This document shows, piece by piece, positions 29,272-42,346 of a stretch of 64,000 bases of DNA. The notes beneath the pieces are model-generated. The model searched no databases and had not been told where the DNA came from. It worked only from the letters and a program-made list of their open reading frames with translations. A program made the position numbers and the translations under genes. The DNA comes from Escherichia coli. Its GTDB lineage: Bacteria; Pseudomonadota; Gammaproteobacteria; Enterobacterales; Enterobacteriaceae. Location: NCBI RefSeq assembly GCF_013122565.1, contig NZ_CP053258.1. The stretch is one strand, 5' to 3'. Positions within the stretch are counted from its first letter, which is position 1. Each line of letters begins with the position of its first letter.

Positions 29272-29923
29272 GTTTCAGAATCGGTTAGTGGGCACGATCG
29301 TGCTGGTGGCGCTGGGGGTGATTGTACTTCCAGGGCTGCTGGACGGGCAGAAAAAACATTATCAGGATGAGTTCGCGGCTATCCCGCTGGTGCCGAAAGC
29401 GGGCGATCGTGATGAGCCTGATATGATGCCAGCCGCTACCCAGGCGTTGCCGACGCAACCGCCGGAAGGTGCAGCGGAAGAGGTGCGGGCAGGTGATGCC
29501 GCAGCACCGTCGCTCGATCCGGCCACTATTGCAGCCAATAACACCGAGTTTGAACCGGAACCTGCACCGGTCGTCCCACCGAAGCCGAAACCGGTGGAGC
29601 CGCCTAAGCCGAAGGTTGAAGCACCACCTGCGCCGAAGCCAGAACAGAAGCCGGTCGTGGAAGAAAAAGCAGCGCCAACGGGTAAAGCCTATGTTGTGCA
29701 ACTGGGCGCGCTGAAAAATGCCGATAAAGTGAATGAGATTGTCGGTAAGCTGCGCGGTGCCGGTTATCGGGTTTATACGTCGCCATCCACGCCAGTGCAG
29801 GGTAAAATTACCCGTATTCTGGTTGGGCCGGATGCCTCGAAAGATAAGCTGAAAGGTTCGCTGGGTGAGTTGAAGCAACTTTCTGGCTTAAGTGGTGTGG
29901 TAATGGGCTATACGCCGAATTAA
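29261..29923 (+). CDS. dedD: Cell-division protein DedD (SPOR domain)
   Basis: Match begins VASKFQNRLVG (GTG start at 29261, overlapping folC 3' end); Pro/Lys/Glu-rich linker and C-terminal SPOR domain. Confidence 0.8.
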   Translation: MASKFQNRLVGTIVLVALGVIVLPGLLDGQKKHYQDEFAAIPLVPKAGDRDEPDMMPAATQALPTQPPEGAAEEVRAGDAAAPSLDPATIAANNTEFEPEPAPVVPPKPKPVEPPKPKVEAPPAPKPEQKPVVEEKAAPTGKAYVVQLGALKNADKVNEIVGKLRGAGYRVYTSPSTPVQGKITRILVGPDASKDKLKGSLGELKQLSGLSGVVMGYTPN

Positions 29924-29932
29924 TACGGTCTT

Positions 29933-30008
29933 GCCTGATGCGACGCTGGCGCGTCTTATCAGACCTGTGCAGGGGTAGAACCGTAGGTCGGATAAGGCGT
30001 TTACGCCG
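29933..30008. repeat. BIME (two inverted REP units) between dedD and cvpA
   Basis: GCCTGATGCGACGCTGGCGCGTCTTATCAGACC and GTAGGTCGGATAAGGCGTTTACGCCGCATCCGAC. Confidence 0.8.
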
Positions 30009-30108
30009 CATCCGACACGCATTGCACGATGCCGCAAAGGCATAAAAAGTCGATGGCGTTGAATATTTTTTCAGCGCCATTTTTATTGATGCGCGGGAAG
30101 GAAATCCC

Positions 30109-30124
30109 TACGCAAACGTTTTCT
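30109..30124 (+). promoter_or_regulatory. PUR box (PurR operator) upstream of the cvpA-purF operon
   Basis: tACGCAAACGTTTTCt matches the PurR operator consensus, ~60 bp upstream of cvpA. Confidence 0.7.
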
Positions 30125-30181
30125 TTTTCTGTTAGAATGCGCCCCGAACAGGATGACAGGGCGTAAAATCGTGGGACACAT

Positions 30182-30670
30182 ATGGTCTGGATTGATTACG
30201 CCATAATCGCGGTGATTGCTTTTTCCTCTCTGGTTAGCCTGATCCGCGGCTTTGTTCGTGAAACGTTATCGCTGGTGACATGGGGGTGTGCTTTCTTTGT
30301 TGCCAGTCATTACTACACTTACCTGTCAGTCTGGTTTACGGGCTTTGAAGACGAACTGGTTCGAAATGGGATTGCCATCGCGGTACTGTTTATCGCTACC
30401 CTGATCGTTGGCGCAATCGTCAACTTCGTGATAGGTCAGCTGGTAGAGAAAACCCATCTGACGGGCACCGATCGGGTGCTGGGCGTCTGTTTCGGTGCGT
30501 TGCGCGGTGTGTTGATTGTTGCCGCCATTCTCTTCTTTCTCGACTCCTTTACCGGGGTGTCGAAAAGCGAAGACTGGAGCAAATCACAGCTGATCCCGCA
30601 GTTCAGTTTTATCATCAGATGGTTTTTTGATTATCTGCAAAGCTCGTCAAGTTTCTTGCCCAGAGCGTAA
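30182..30670 (+). CDS. cvpA: Colicin V production membrane protein
   Basis: 162-aa membrane ORF immediately upstream of purF. Confidence 0.9.
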   Translation: MVWIDYAIIAVIAFSSLVSLIRGFVRETLSLVTWGCAFFVASHYYTYLSVWFTGFEDELVRNGIAIAVLFIATLIVGAIVNFVIGQLVEKTHLTGTDRVLGVCFGALRGVLIVAAILFFLDSFTGVSKSEDWSKSQLIPQFSFIIRWFFDYLQSSSSFLPRA

Positions 30671-30706
30671 GTGCTCTGAGATGTGGCTTAACGAGGAAAA
30701 AGACGT

Positions 30707-32224
30707 ATGTGCGGTATTGTCGGTATCGCCGGTGTTATGCCGGTTAACCAGTCGATTTATGATGCCTTAACGGTGCTTCAGCATCGCGGTCAGGATGCCG
30801 CCGGCATCATCACCATAGATGCCAATAACTGCTTCCGTTTGCGTAAAGCGAACGGGCTGGTGAGCGATGTATTTGAAGCTCGTCATATGCAGCGTTTGCA
30901 GGGCAATATGGGCATTGGTCATGTGCGTTACCCCACGGCTGGCAGCTCCAGCGCCTCTGAAGCGCAGCCGTTTTACGTTAACTCTCCGTATGGTATTACG
31001 CTTGCCCACAACGGCAATCTGACCAACGCGCATGAGTTACGTAAAAAACTGTTTGAAGAAAAACGCCGCCACATCAACACCACTTCCGACTCGGAAATTC
31101 TGCTTAATATCTTCGCCAGCGAGCTGGACAACTTCCGCCACTACCCGCTGGAAGCCGACAATATTTTCGCTGCCATTGCTGCCACAAACCGCTTAATCCG
31201 CGGCGCGTATGCCTGCGTGGCGATGATTATCGGCCATGGTATGGTTGCTTTCCGCGATCCAAACGGCATTCGTCCGCTGGTGTTGGGGAAACGTGATATT
31301 GACGAGAACCGTACAGAATATATGGTCGCTTCCGAAAGCGTAGCGCTCGATACGCTGGGCTTTGATTTCCTGCGTGACGTCGCGCCGGGCGAAGCGATTT
31401 ACATCACTGAAGAAGGGCAGTTGTTTACCCGTCAATGTGCTGACAATCCGGTCAGCAATCCGTGCCTGTTTGAGTATGTATACTTTGCTCGCCCGGACTC
31501 GTTCATCGACAAAATTTCCGTTTACAGCGCGCGTGTGAATATGGGCACGAAACTGGGCGAGAAAATTGCCCGCGAATGGGAAGATCTGGATATCGATGTG
31601 GTGATCCCGATCCCGGAAACCTCGTGTGATATCGCGCTGGAAATTGCGCGTATTCTGGGCAAACCGTACCGCCAGGGCTTCGTTAAAAACCGCTATGTTG
31701 GCCGCACCTTCATCATGCCGGGTCAGCAGCTGCGTCGTAAGTCCGTGCGCCGTAAACTGAACGCCAACCGCGCCGAGTTCCGCGATAAAAACGTCCTGCT
31801 GGTCGACGACTCCATCGTCCGTGGCACCACTTCTGAGCAGATTATCGAGATGGCACGCGAAGCCGGAGCGAAGAAAGTGTACCTCGCTTCTGCGGCACCG
31901 GAAATTCGCTTCCCGAACGTTTATGGTATTGATATGCCGAGCGCCACGGAGCTTATCGCCCACGGTCGTGAAGTGGATGAAATTCGCCAGATCATCGGTG
32001 CTGACGGGTTGATTTTCCAGGATCTGAACGATCTGATCGAAGCCGTTCGCGCTGAAAACCCGGATATCCAGCAGTTTGAATGCTCGGTGTTCAACGGCGT
32101 CTACGTCACCAAAGATGTTGATCAGAGCTACCTCGATTTCCTCGATACGTTACGTAATGACGACGCCAAAGCAGTGCAACGTCAGAACGAAGTGGAAAAT
32201 CTCGAAATGCATAACGAAGGATGA
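30707..32224 (+). CDS. purF: Amidophosphoribosyltransferase
   Basis: 505-aa ORF starting MCGIVGIAG (N-terminal nucleophile Cys). Confidence 0.95.
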   Translation: MCGIVGIAGVMPVNQSIYDALTVLQHRGQDAAGIITIDANNCFRLRKANGLVSDVFEARHMQRLQGNMGIGHVRYPTAGSSSASEAQPFYVNSPYGITLAHNGNLTNAHELRKKLFEEKRRHINTTSDSEILLNIFASELDNFRHYPLEADNIFAAIAATNRLIRGAYACVAMIIGHGMVAFRDPNGIRPLVLGKRDIDENRTEYMVASESVALDTLGFDFLRDVAPGEAIYITEEGQLFTRQCADNPVSNPCLFEYVYFARPDSFIDKISVYSARVNMGTKLGEKIAREWEDLDIDVVIPIPETSCDIALEIARILGKPYRQGFVKNRYVGRTFIMPGQQLRRKSVRRKLNANRAEFRDKNVLLVDDSIVRGTTSEQIIEMAREAGAKKVYLASAAPEIRFPNVYGIDMPSATELIAHGREVDEIRQIIGADGLIFQDLNDLIEAVRAENPDIQQFECSVFNGVYVTKDVDQSYLDFLDTLRNDDAKAVQRQNEVENLEMHNEG

Positions 32225-32318
32225 TGCCTTCGCTCAGGGTGCCGGTCTGGCACCCTGACTTGCAACTCCCGCCGAAATCCTGCAAAGTCTGCCTGCAAGT
32301 CTGACAGGGCAACTATTT

Positions 32319-32888
32319 ATGAAACGACTCATTGTAGGCATCAGCGGTGCCAGCGGCGCGATTTATGGCGTGCGCTTATTACAGGTTCTGCGCGATGTCA
32401 CAGATATCGAAACGCATCTGGTGATGAGCCAGGCGGCGCGCCAGACCTTATCCCTCGAAACGGATTTTTCCCTGCGCGAAGTGCAGGCATTAGCCGATGT
32501 CACGCACGATGCGCGCGATATTGCCGCCAGCATTTCTTCTGGTTCTTTCCAGACACTGGGGATGGTGATTTTACCCTGTTCAATCAAAACCCTTTCCGGC
32601 ATTGTCCATAGCTATACCGATGGTTTACTGACCCGTGCGGCAGATGTGGTGCTGAAAGAGCGTCGCCCGTTGGTGCTCTGCGTGCGTGAAACACCATTGC
32701 ACTTAGGCCATCTGCGTTTAATGACGCAGGCAGCAGAAATCGGTGCGGTGATTATGCCTCCCGTTCCGGCGTTTTATCATCGCCCGCAATCCCTTGATGA
32801 TGTGATAAATCAGACGGTTAATCGTGTTCTTGACCAGTTTGCGATAACCCTTCCTGAAGATCTCTTTGCCCGCTGGCAGGGCGCATAA
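32319..32888 (+). CDS. ubiX: Flavin prenyltransferase UbiX
   Basis: 189-aa ORF MKRLIVGISGASGAIYGVRLL... Confidence 0.9.
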   Translation: MKRLIVGISGASGAIYGVRLLQVLRDVTDIETHLVMSQAARQTLSLETDFSLREVQALADVTHDARDIAASISSGSFQTLGMVILPCSIKTLSGIVHSYTDGLLTRAADVVLKERRPLVLCVRETPLHLGHLRLMTQAAEIGAVIMPPVPAFYHRPQSLDDVINQTVNRVLDQFAITLPEDLFARWQGA

Positions 32889-32896
32889 CTCCGCTG

Positions 32897-32920
32897 TTGC
32901 CCTGTTTCAGGGCAATTTTG
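32897..32920 (+). terminator. Hairpin plus T-tract after ubiX
   Basis: TTGCCCTG-tttc-CAGGGCAA followed by TTTT. Confidence 0.6.
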
Positions 32921-33068
32921 CAACCGCGATCAAATCCTCGACATTTTGTTTCTGCCATTCAATCGAAACGCTGCGATTCAACCGCTATACCTGCTATCTT
33001 CAACTTCAGGACAATAATGCAACGTCTTATTAACATATTTAACGTTGAATGTTACTGTTGTCGTCAAG

Positions 33069-33084
33069 ATGGCATAAGACCTGC
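33069..33084 (+). promoter_or_regulatory. Candidate sigma54 (-24/-12) promoter upstream of argT
   Basis: TGGCATAAGACCTGCA fits TGGCAC-N5-TTGCA spacing, ~70 bp upstream of argT. Confidence 0.5.
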
Positions 33085-33153
33085 ATGAAAGAGCCTGCAA
33101 ACACACAACACAATACACAACATAAAAAAGCCATTTTCACTTGAGGGTTATGT

Positions 33154-33936
33154 ATGAAGAAGTCGATTCTCGCTCTGTCTTTGTTAGTCGGTCTCTCCGC
33201 AGCGGCTTCCAGCTATGCGGCGCTACCGGAGACGGTACGTATCGGAACCGATACCACCTACGCACCGTTCTCATCGAAAGATGCTAAAGGTGATTTTGTT
33301 GGCTTTGATATCGATCTCGGTAACGAGATGTGCAAACGGATGCAGGTGAAATGTACCTGGGTTGCCAGTGACTTTGACGCGCTGATCCCCTCACTGAAAG
33401 CGAAAAAAATCGACGCCATTATTTCGTCGCTCTCCATTACCGATAAACGTCAGCAGGAGATTGCTTTCTCCGACAAGTTGTACGCCGCAGATTCTCGTTT
33501 GATTGCCGCCAAAGGTTCGCCGATTCAGCCAACGCTGGATTCACTGAAAGGTAAACATGTTGGTGTGCTGCAGGGATCAACCCAGGAAGCTTACGCTAAC
33601 GAGACCTGGCGTAGCAAAGGCGTGGATGTGGTGGCCTATGCCAACCAGGATTTGGTTTATTCCGATCTGGCTGCAGGACGTCTGGATGCTGCGTTACAAG
33701 ATGAAGTTGCTGCCAGCGAAGGATTCCTCAAGCAACCTGCTGGTAAAGACTTCGCCTTTGCTGGCTCATCAGTGAAAGACAAAAAATACTTCGGTGATGG
33801 CACCGGTGTAGGGCTACGTAAAGATGATGCTGAACTGACGGCTGCCTTCAATAAGGCGCTTGGCGAGCTGCGTCAGGACGGCACCTACGACAAGATGGCG
33901 AAAAAGTATTTCGACTTTAATGTCTACGGTGACTGA
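33154..33936 (+). CDS. argT: Lysine/arginine/ornithine periplasmic binding protein
   Basis: 260-aa secreted ORF, paralog of the adjacent hisJ. Confidence 0.85.
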   Translation: MKKSILALSLLVGLSAAASSYAALPETVRIGTDTTYAPFSSKDAKGDFVGFDIDLGNEMCKRMQVKCTWVASDFDALIPSLKAKKIDAIISSLSITDKRQQEIAFSDKLYAADSRLIAAKGSPIQPTLDSLKGKHVGVLQGSTQEAYANETWRSKGVDVVAYANQDLVYSDLAAGRLDAALQDEVAASEGFLKQPAGKDFAFAGSSVKDKKYFGDGTGVGLRKDDAELTAAFNKALGELRQDGTYDKMAKKYFDFNVYGD

Positions 33937-34156
33937 TACGTCGCAGGGAAGCTGTACCTGATGGAATGATCATCATGGTACACGCCAGGTTTGTTGCACT
34001 ATCGTGGTGCATTGAAATGCATACTTAAGCATTTTTAATGAAAAATAATACGTCTAACGGGGCGGGATATTTTGCCTTGATGGTCAATTTTATGGCACGA
34101 TAAGTGTAACAAACCTGTAAATATTCCCTATAAAAAGACTGTCAGTTGAGGACATT

Positions 34157-34939
34157 ATGAAAAAACTGGTGCTATCGCTCTCTCTGGTTCTGGCCTTCTC
34201 CAGTGCAACTGTGGCGTTTGCTGCGATTCCGCAAAACATCCGCATCGGTACCGACCCGACCTATGCGCCATTTGAATCAAAAAATTCACAAGGCGAACTG
34301 GTTGGTTTCGATATCGATCTGGCGAAGGAGTTGTGCAAGCGCATCAATACGCAATGTACGTTTGTCGAAAACCCGCTGGATGCGTTAATCCCGTCCTTAA
34401 AAGCGAAGAAGATTGACGCCATCATGTCATCGCTTTCCATTACGGAAAAACGTCAGCAAGAAATTGCCTTCACCGACAAACTGTACGCTGCCGATTCTCG
34501 TCTGGTGGTGGCGAAAAATTCCGACATTCAGCCGACAGTCGAATCGCTGAAAGGCAAGCGGGTAGGCGTATTGCAGGGCACCACCCAGGAGACGTTCGGT
34601 AACGAACACTGGGCACCAAAAGGCATTGAAATCGTCTCGTATCAGGGGCAGGACAACATTTATTCTGACCTGACTGCCGGACGTATTGATGCCGCGTTCC
34701 AGGATGAGGTCGCTGCCAGTGAAGGTTTCCTCAAACAACCCGTCGGTAAAGATTACAAATTCGGTGGCCCGTCTGTAAAAGATGAAAAACTGTTTGGCGT
34801 AGGGACCGGCATGGGCCTGCGTAAAGAAGATAACGAACTGCGCGAGGCACTGAACAAAGCCTTTGCCGAAATGCGCGCTGACGGTACTTACGAGAAATTA
34901 GCGAAAAAGTACTTCGATTTTGATGTTTATGGTGGTTAA
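34157..34939 (+). CDS. hisJ: Histidine periplasmic binding protein
   Basis: 260-aa secreted ORF upstream of hisQMP. Confidence 0.85.
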   Translation: MKKLVLSLSLVLAFSSATVAFAAIPQNIRIGTDPTYAPFESKNSQGELVGFDIDLAKELCKRINTQCTFVENPLDALIPSLKAKKIDAIMSSLSITEKRQQEIAFTDKLYAADSRLVVAKNSDIQPTVESLKGKRVGVLQGTTQETFGNEHWAPKGIEIVSYQGQDNIYSDLTAGRIDAAFQDEVAASEGFLKQPVGKDYKFGGPSVKDEKLFGVGTGMGLRKEDNELREALNKAFAEMRADGTYEKLAKKYFDFDVYGG

Positions 34940-35028
34940 TCGCCATCGGTGAAAGAAAGCCCGCTCCCTTCGGGTAACCGGAGGGAGACAAGAGGCGGTA
35001 ATTCACCACACACGACAGGACAGGCAGC

Positions 35029-35715
35029 ATGTTGTATGGGTTTTCAGGTGTTATTTTACAGGGTGCGCTCGTCACGCTGGAGCTGGCTATCAGCTCTGTA
35101 GTGCTCGCTGTAATCATCGGTTTAATTGGCGCTGGCGGTAAGCTCTCGCAAAATCGGCTTTCGGGGCTGATTTTCGAAGGGTACACCACGCTGATTCGAG
35201 GCGTGCCGGACTTGGTGTTGATGCTGCTGATTTTCTACGGTTTGCAGATTGCACTAAACACGGTGACGGAGGCGATGGGCGTCGGGCAGATTGATATCGA
35301 TCCGATGGTCGCTGGTATTATTACTCTCGGTTTTATCTACGGTGCTTATTTTACCGAAACGTTCCGTGGTGCTTTTATGGCAGTGCCGAAAGGACATATA
35401 GAGGCGGCGACGGCGTTCGGTTTTACTCGTGGGCAAGTGTTTCGGCGGATCATGTTTCCGGCGATGATGCGTTACGCCCTGCCAGGCATTGGCAACAACT
35501 GGCAGGTGATCCTCAAATCTACCGCACTGGTTTCGTTACTCGGCCTGGAAGATGTGGTCAAAGCCACGCAGCTGGCAGGCAAAAGTACCTGGGAACCGTT
35601 CTATTTCGCCATCGTCTGTGGCGTGATTTACCTGGTTTTCACCACCGTTTCCAATGGTGTGCTGCTGTTCCTTGAGCGCCGCTACTCTGTGGGTGTGAAG
35701 AGGGCTGACCTGTGA
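35029..35715 (+). CDS. hisQ: Histidine/LAO ABC transporter permease
   Basis: 228-aa permease ORF. Confidence 0.9.
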   Translation: MLYGFSGVILQGALVTLELAISSVVLAVIIGLIGAGGKLSQNRLSGLIFEGYTTLIRGVPDLVLMLLIFYGLQIALNTVTEAMGVGQIDIDPMVAGIITLGFIYGAYFTETFRGAFMAVPKGHIEAATAFGFTRGQVFRRIMFPAMMRYALPGIGNNWQVILKSTALVSLLGLEDVVKATQLAGKSTWEPFYFAIVCGVIYLVFTTVSNGVLLFLERRYSVGVKRADL

Positions 35716-36428
35716 TCGAAATCTTACATGAATACTGGAAACCGCTGCTGTGGACCGACGGTTATCGCTTTACTGGTGTGGCGATCACTCTGTGGCTGCT
35801 TATTTTGTCGGTAGTGATAGGCGGAGTCCTGGCGCTGTTTCTGGCGATTGGTCGTGTCTCCAGTAATAAATACATCCAGTTTCCAATCTGGTTATTTACC
35901 TATATTTTTCGCGGTACGCCGCTGTATGTTCAGTTGCTGGTGTTCTATTCCGGCATGTATACGCTGGAGATTGTTAAGGGGACCGAGTTTCTTAACGCCT
36001 TTTTCCGCAGTGGCCTGAACTGTACCGTGCTGGCGCTGACGCTTAACACCTGCGCTTACACTACCGAGATTTTTGCTGGGGCAATCCGTTCGGTTCCGCA
36101 TGGGGAAATTGAAGCCGCCAGAGCCTATGGTTTCTCGACCTTTAAAATGTATCGCTGCATTATTTTGCCTTCTGCGCTGCGTATTGCGTTACCGGCATAC
36201 AGCAACGAAGTGATCCTGATGCTGCACTCTACTGCGCTGGCATTTACTGCCACGGTGCCGGATCTGCTGAAAATAGCCCGCGATATTAACGCCGCCACGT
36301 ATCAACCTTTTACTGCCTTCGGCATTGCCGCGGTGCTCTATTTAATTATCTCTTATGTCCTGATCAGCCTCTTTCGCAGAGCGGAAAAACGCTGGTTGCA
36401 GCATGTGAAACCTTCTTCAACGCACTGA
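35712..36428 (+). CDS. hisM: Histidine/LAO ABC transporter permease
   Basis: 238-aa permease ORF; ATGA overlap with hisQ. Confidence 0.9.
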   Translation: MIEILHEYWKPLLWTDGYRFTGVAITLWLLILSVVIGGVLALFLAIGRVSSNKYIQFPIWLFTYIFRGTPLYVQLLVFYSGMYTLEIVKGTEFLNAFFRSGLNCTVLALTLNTCAYTTEIFAGAIRSVPHGEIEAARAYGFSTFKMYRCIILPSALRIALPAYSNEVILMLHSTALAFTATVPDLLKIARDINAATYQPFTAFGIAAVLYLIISYVLISLFRRAEKRWLQHVKPSSTH

Positions 36429-36435
36429 GAATACG

Positions 36436-37209
36436 ATGTCCGAGAATAAATTAAACGTTATCGATTTGCACAAACGCTACGGCGAACATGAAGTGCTGAA
36501 AGGGGTATCACTGCAAGCGAATGCCGGAGATGTAATAAGCATCATCGGATCGTCGGGATCGGGGAAAAGTACCTTTCTGCGCTGCATTAACTTCCTCGAA
36601 AAACCGAGTGAAGGGTCGATCGTGGTCAATGGCCAGACGATCAATCTGGTGCGCGACAAAGACGGTCAACTCAAAGTCGCCGATAAAAATCAGCTGCGCT
36701 TACTGCGCACACGCCTGACGATGGTATTCCAGCACTTCAATCTCTGGAGCCATATGACGGTGCTGGAAAACGTCATGGAAGCGCCGATTCAGGTGTTGGG
36801 CCTGAGCAAGCAGGAAGCGCGCGAGCGGGCGGTGAAGTATCTGGCAAAAGTCGGGATAGACGAACGTGCACAGGGGAAATATCCGGTGCATCTTTCCGGC
36901 GGTCAGCAACAGCGTGTTTCTATCGCGCGGGCGCTGGCGATGGAACCGGAAGTTTTACTGTTTGATGAACCTACCTCGGCGCTCGATCCTGAACTGGTAG
37001 GCGAAGTGTTGCGCATTATGCAGCAACTGGCAGAAGAGGGGAAAACCATGGTGGTAGTGACCCACGAAATGGGCTTTGCTCGCCATGTTTCTACTCACGT
37101 CATTTTCCTCCATCAGGGGAAAATAGAAGAAGAGGGCGCGCCGGAGCAGTTATTTGGCAACCCGCAAAGTCCTCGTCTGCAACAGTTCCTTAAAGGTTCG
37201 CTGAAATAA
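36436..37209 (+). CDS. hisP: Histidine/LAO ABC transporter ATP-binding subunit
   Basis: 257-aa ORF with Walker [10 protein letters not shown] and ABC signature LSGGQQQR. Confidence 0.9.
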   Translation: MSENKLNVIDLHKRYGEHEVLKGVSLQANAGDVISIIGSSGSGKSTFLRCINFLEKPSEGSIVVNGQTINLVRDKDGQLKVADKNQLRLLRTRLTMVFQHFNLWSHMTVLENVMEAPIQVLGLSKQEARERAVKYLAKVGIDERAQGKYPVHLSGGQQQRVSIARALAMEPEVLLFDEPTSALDPELVGEVLRIMQQLAEEGKTMVVVTHEMGFARHVSTHVIFLHQGKIEEEGAPEQLFGNPQSPRLQQFLKGSLK

Positions 37210-37214
37210 TTTCC

Positions 37215-37246
37215 TCTCCGGTGGCTAACGCTGCCGGAGTATTTTC
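37215..37246 (+). terminator. Hairpin plus T-rich tract after hisP
   Basis: CTCCGG...CCGGAG followed by TATTTT. Confidence 0.5.
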
Positions 37247-37405
37247 AAGGGGAATTTGCGAGTCCGCTTCCGCTGAAATGTAAAAGTTGCAGTCCGCTAA
37301 AAATAGTTCTGAATTCGCTGTCCAAAGATAAAAACTGACTGCTGCATTGGGTGTAAATCGTGGTTATTGTCGCGTCATCTTAAATTTGAGGGGTGACGGA
37401 ACGCC

Positions 37406-38296
37406 ATGACAATATCGACAACTTCCACGCCGCATGATGCGGTATTTAAATCTTTTTTACGCCATCCAGACACCGCGCGGGATTTTATTGATATTCATCT
37501 TCCCGCGCCGCTGCGCAAACTGTGTGATTTAACAACGCTTAAACTGGAACCAAACAGTTTTATTGATGAAGACCTGCGGCAATATTATTCCGACCTCTTG
37601 TGGTCTGTGAAAACGCAGGAGGGAGCGGGTTATATTTATGTAGTGATAGAGCACCAAAGTAAGCCGGAAGAATTAATGGCTTTTCGCATGATGCGCTATT
37701 CCATTGCGGCGATGCAAAACCATCTTGATGCAGGCTATAAAGAGCTTCCATTGGTGATCCCGATGCTGTTTTATCATGGTTGCAGAAGCCCTTATCCATA
37801 TTCACTCTGCTGGCTTGATGAATTTGCCGAGCCTGCGATTGCCCGCAAAATTTATTCATCGGCTTTTCCGCTGGTGGATATTACCGTGGTGCCGGATGAC
37901 GAGATTATGCAACATCGCAAAATGGCGCTGTTGGAGTTAATTCAGAAACATATTCGTCAGCGCGATCTGTTGGGATTAGTCGACCAAATTGTTTCGCTGC
38001 TAGTTACAGGGAACACTAATGACAGACAGCTAAAAGCCCTGTTTAATTACGTATTACAAACGGGGGATGCCCAGCGTTTCCGTGCATTTATTGGTGAGAT
38101 AGCGGAACGCGCACCACAAGAAAAGGAGAAACTGATGACCATTGCTGACAGATTACGTGAAGAAGGCGCAATGCAGGGCAAACACGAAGAAGCCCTGCGT
38201 ATTGCTCAGGAGATGCTGGAAAAAGGATTTGACTACGAAGTCATCCTGACGCTGACCCGACTTTCGCCAGACGATCTTATCGCGCAAAGCCACTAA
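37406..38296 (+). CDS. rpnB: Recombination-promoting nuclease RpnB (YhgA / transposase_31-like)
   Basis: 296-aa [21 protein letters not shown]...; recognised as YfcI/RpnB. Confidence 0.8.
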   Translation: MTISTTSTPHDAVFKSFLRHPDTARDFIDIHLPAPLRKLCDLTTLKLEPNSFIDEDLRQYYSDLLWSVKTQEGAGYIYVVIEHQSKPEELMAFRMMRYSIAAMQNHLDAGYKELPLVIPMLFYHGCRSPYPYSLCWLDEFAEPAIARKIYSSAFPLVDITVVPDDEIMQHRKMALLELIQKHIRQRDLLGLVDQIVSLLVTGNTNDRQLKALFNYVLQTGDAQRFRAFIGEIAERAPQEKEKLMTIADRLREEGAMQGKHEEALRIAQEMLEKGFDYEVILTLTRLSPDDLIAQSH

Positions 38297-38343
38297 TCCT
38301 GTAACACCGGGAGTTAACTGGCGGATGTTTGCAGTAAACCACA

Positions 38344-39237
38344 TCAGCGAACGACATCCGCCAGCGCCTCTTCTAAATCGTACCAGCGAAACGCAAAACC
38401 CGCTTCTTCCAGCCGTTTAGGCAGCGCGCGTTGTCCACCTAATACCAGTACTGAAGATTCGCCCATTAACAGCCGAATGGCGGTTGCGGGGACGCGCAAA
38501 ATAGCCGGGCGATGCAGCGCATGACCGAGCGCATGGGCAAATTGTTCATGGCGTATCGGGTAGGGCGAAACCATATTAAATGGCCCGCGCAGCTCGTTAT
38601 CCAGCAGCCAGAGAATGCCGTTGACCATATCATCAATATGAATCCAGGCCAGATACTGCCGACCGGAACCAATCGGCCCGCCCAGGCCAAGACGAAACGG
38701 CGGCAGCATTTTACCGAGAATACCACCGTCTGGTGCCAGCACTACGCCGGTACGCAGCAGGCACACTCGCGTTTTGTCACTTTGTGCCCGACAGGCAATT
38801 TCTTCCCAGCGGGCGCAGAGTTTATGGGTAAATTCGTTATGCGGCGGTTCCTCTTCGGTAACCACCACTTCACCTAAGTCGCCATAAAAGCCCGTTGCCG
38901 AGCCGGAAATGAGTACCGACGGTGGCGTGTCGCTGGCATTAATCAAATCGACCAGTTTTTGCGTGATATTCCAGCGGCTTTGGCAGAGACGCTCTTTTTG
39001 CTCGTGAGTCCAGCGTTTATCAGCAATCGGTTCTCCGGCCAGGTTGATTACCGCATCAACGCCGTTGAGGTTGCTTTGATCGGCAAGCCCTTGCCATAGT
39101 GTCACCTGCGGCCCGAGCACGGAACTGGCTTTCTGCGGGTTACGCGTCACTACCGTGATTTTATGGCCCAGATCCAGCAAACGCGGAATCAAATGGCGAC
39201 CAATTAATCCCGTCCCTCCGGTGATCACTATGTTCAT
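38344..39237 (-). CDS. yfcH: NAD-dependent epimerase/dehydratase family protein
   Basis: 297-aa ORF with N-terminal GGTGLIG Rossmann motif. Confidence 0.8.
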   Translation of the reverse strand: MNIVITGGTGLIGRHLIPRLLDLGHKITVVTRNPQKASSVLGPQVTLWQGLADQSNLNGVDAVINLAGEPIADKRWTHEQKERLCQSRWNITQKLVDLINASDTPPSVLISGSATGFYGDLGEVVVTEEEPPHNEFTHKLCARWEEIACRAQSDKTRVCLLRTGVVLAPDGGILGKMLPPFRLGLGGPIGSGRQYLAWIHIDDMVNGILWLLDNELRGPFNMVSPYPIRHEQFAHALGHALHRPAILRVPATAIRLLMGESSVLVLGGQRALPKRLEEAGFAFRWYDLEEALADVVR

Positions 39238-39257
39238 GCAGCCTCCCGATATGGCGG

Positions 39258-39620
39258 TTAACGCTGCCAGCTTAAGGTCATGGATACCGAATCAGCGTAG
39301 CGCAGCGCGTGCAGTTTATCGATCTCCACTTCAGCATACGTCACCCAGTGATGTTCACGTGCGATATCGAGCACATCCTGAGTTAATTTTTCCAGCAAAG
39401 AGAAACGGTTATTCTCTACATGCTGAATAATGTTTTTCGTTACGGTGCGATAATTCAGCGCATCGTTGATATCTTCGCTGGTGCGCGCTTTATCGGCGGG
39501 GTAGTGGATCGTCACATTGATAACAATATCCTGACGGTTGTTAATTTCTTCTTCCTTAATTCCGATAAACGTACGTAAACGAAGGTTCTTTATACGAATA
39601 ATAGCGGCAGGTTGTGCCAT
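39258..39620 (-). CDS. folX: Dihydroneopterin triphosphate 2'-epimerase
   Basis: 120-aa [23 protein letters not shown]... Confidence 0.9.
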
Positions 39621-39676
39621 TGCAGGTTCTCCGTTGTTTTACTTAGGATGAAATAATACACGAGAACCTGTTTCTG

Positions 39677-41153
<1,477 letters not shown>

Positions 41154-41156
41154 TGA

Positions 41157-41711
41157 GTGATGAAACTGATGTTTGCATCGGACATTCATGGGTCGTTACC
41201 GGCGACGGAACGTGTTCTGGAGTTGTTTGCCCAAAGCGGTGCCCACTGGCTGGTGATCCTTGGCGACGTGTTGAATCACGGCCCGCGTAATGCTTTACCG
41301 GAGGGTTACGCGCCAGCCAAAGTCGCTGAACGGCTTAATGAAGTGGCACATAAGGTTATCGCTGTGCGCGGCAACTGCGACAGCGAAGTGGATCAAATGC
41401 TGCTGCATTTCCCAATAACCGCGCCGTGGCAACAGGTATTACTGGAAAAACAACGTCTGTTTTTGACGCATGGTCATCTTTTTGGCCCGGAAAATCTGCC
41501 TGCTTTAAACCAGAACGATGTGCTGGTGTACGGCCATACCCATCTGCCAGTGGCAGAACAGCGGGGGGAGATTTTCCACTTCAACCCCGGCTCGGTGAGT
41601 ATTCCGAAAGGCGGTAATCCGGCGAGTTATGGCATGCTGGATAATGACGTACTTAGTGTAATCGCACTCAATGATCAAAGTATCATTGCGCAGGTCGCGA
41701 TTAATCCGTAA
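41157..41711 (+). CDS. yfcE: Metallophosphoesterase (phosphodiesterase)
   Basis: 184-aa ORF with DxH...GD...GNxD calcineurin-like motifs. Confidence 0.85.
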   Translation: MMKLMFASDIHGSLPATERVLELFAQSGAHWLVILGDVLNHGPRNALPEGYAPAKVAERLNEVAHKVIAVRGNCDSEVDQMLLHFPITAPWQQVLLEKQRLFLTHGHLFGPENLPALNQNDVLVYGHTHLPVAEQRGEIFHFNPGSVSIPKGGNPASYGMLDNDVLSVIALNDQSIIAQVAINP

Positions 41712-41768
41712 TTTACCCACAACTCAAAATGCGCCGTAAGAGCGCCAGAAAAAGAAGGTTTCCTGATA

Positions 41769-42311
41769 ATGGAACAGCGTCGTTTGGCAAGTACTGAATG
41801 GGTGGATATTGTCAATGAAGAGAACGAAGTCATTGCACAAGCCAGCCGGGAACAAATGCGGGCACAGTGTCTGCGTCATCGTGCAACTTACATCGTCGTG
41901 CATGATGGCATGGGCAAAATTCTGGTCCAGCGTCGTACCGAGACAAAAGACTTTTTACCCGGCATGTTAGATGCGACCGCAGGCGGTGTAGTCCAGGCCG
42001 ATGAGCAACTGCTGGAATCCGCGCGTCGCGAAGCGGAAGAAGAGTTGGGCATTGCCGGTGTCCCCTTTGCCGAGCACGGGCAGTTCTATTTCGAAGATAA
42101 AAATTGCCGTGTCTGGGGCGCGTTGTTCAGTTGCGTCTCTCACGGTCCCTTCGCCCTACAGGAAGATGAAGTCAGTGAAGTTTGCTGGCTGACGCCGGAA
42201 GAAATCACCGCACGCTGCGATGAGTTCACTCCAGACTCGCTGAAAGCGCTGGCGTTGTGGATGAAGCGCAATGCCAAAAATGAAGCCGTAGAGACTGAAA
42301 CGGCAGAATGA
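41769..42311 (+). CDS. yfcD: Nudix hydrolase
   Basis: 180-aa ORF with Nudix box ([23 protein letters not shown]). Confidence 0.8.
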
Positions 42312-42313
42312 AA

Positions 42314-42346
42314 AAAGAGCCGCAATTGCGGCTCTTAACATTTTTA
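42314..42346. terminator. Bidirectional hairpin between convergent yfcD and yfcC
   Basis: AAAAAAGAGCCGCAATTGCGGCTCTT flanked by A-tract and T-tract. Confidence 0.65.

Noticed and set aside
31193-31963. 256-aa ORF on the minus strand
   Set aside because: Antisense shadow of purF.
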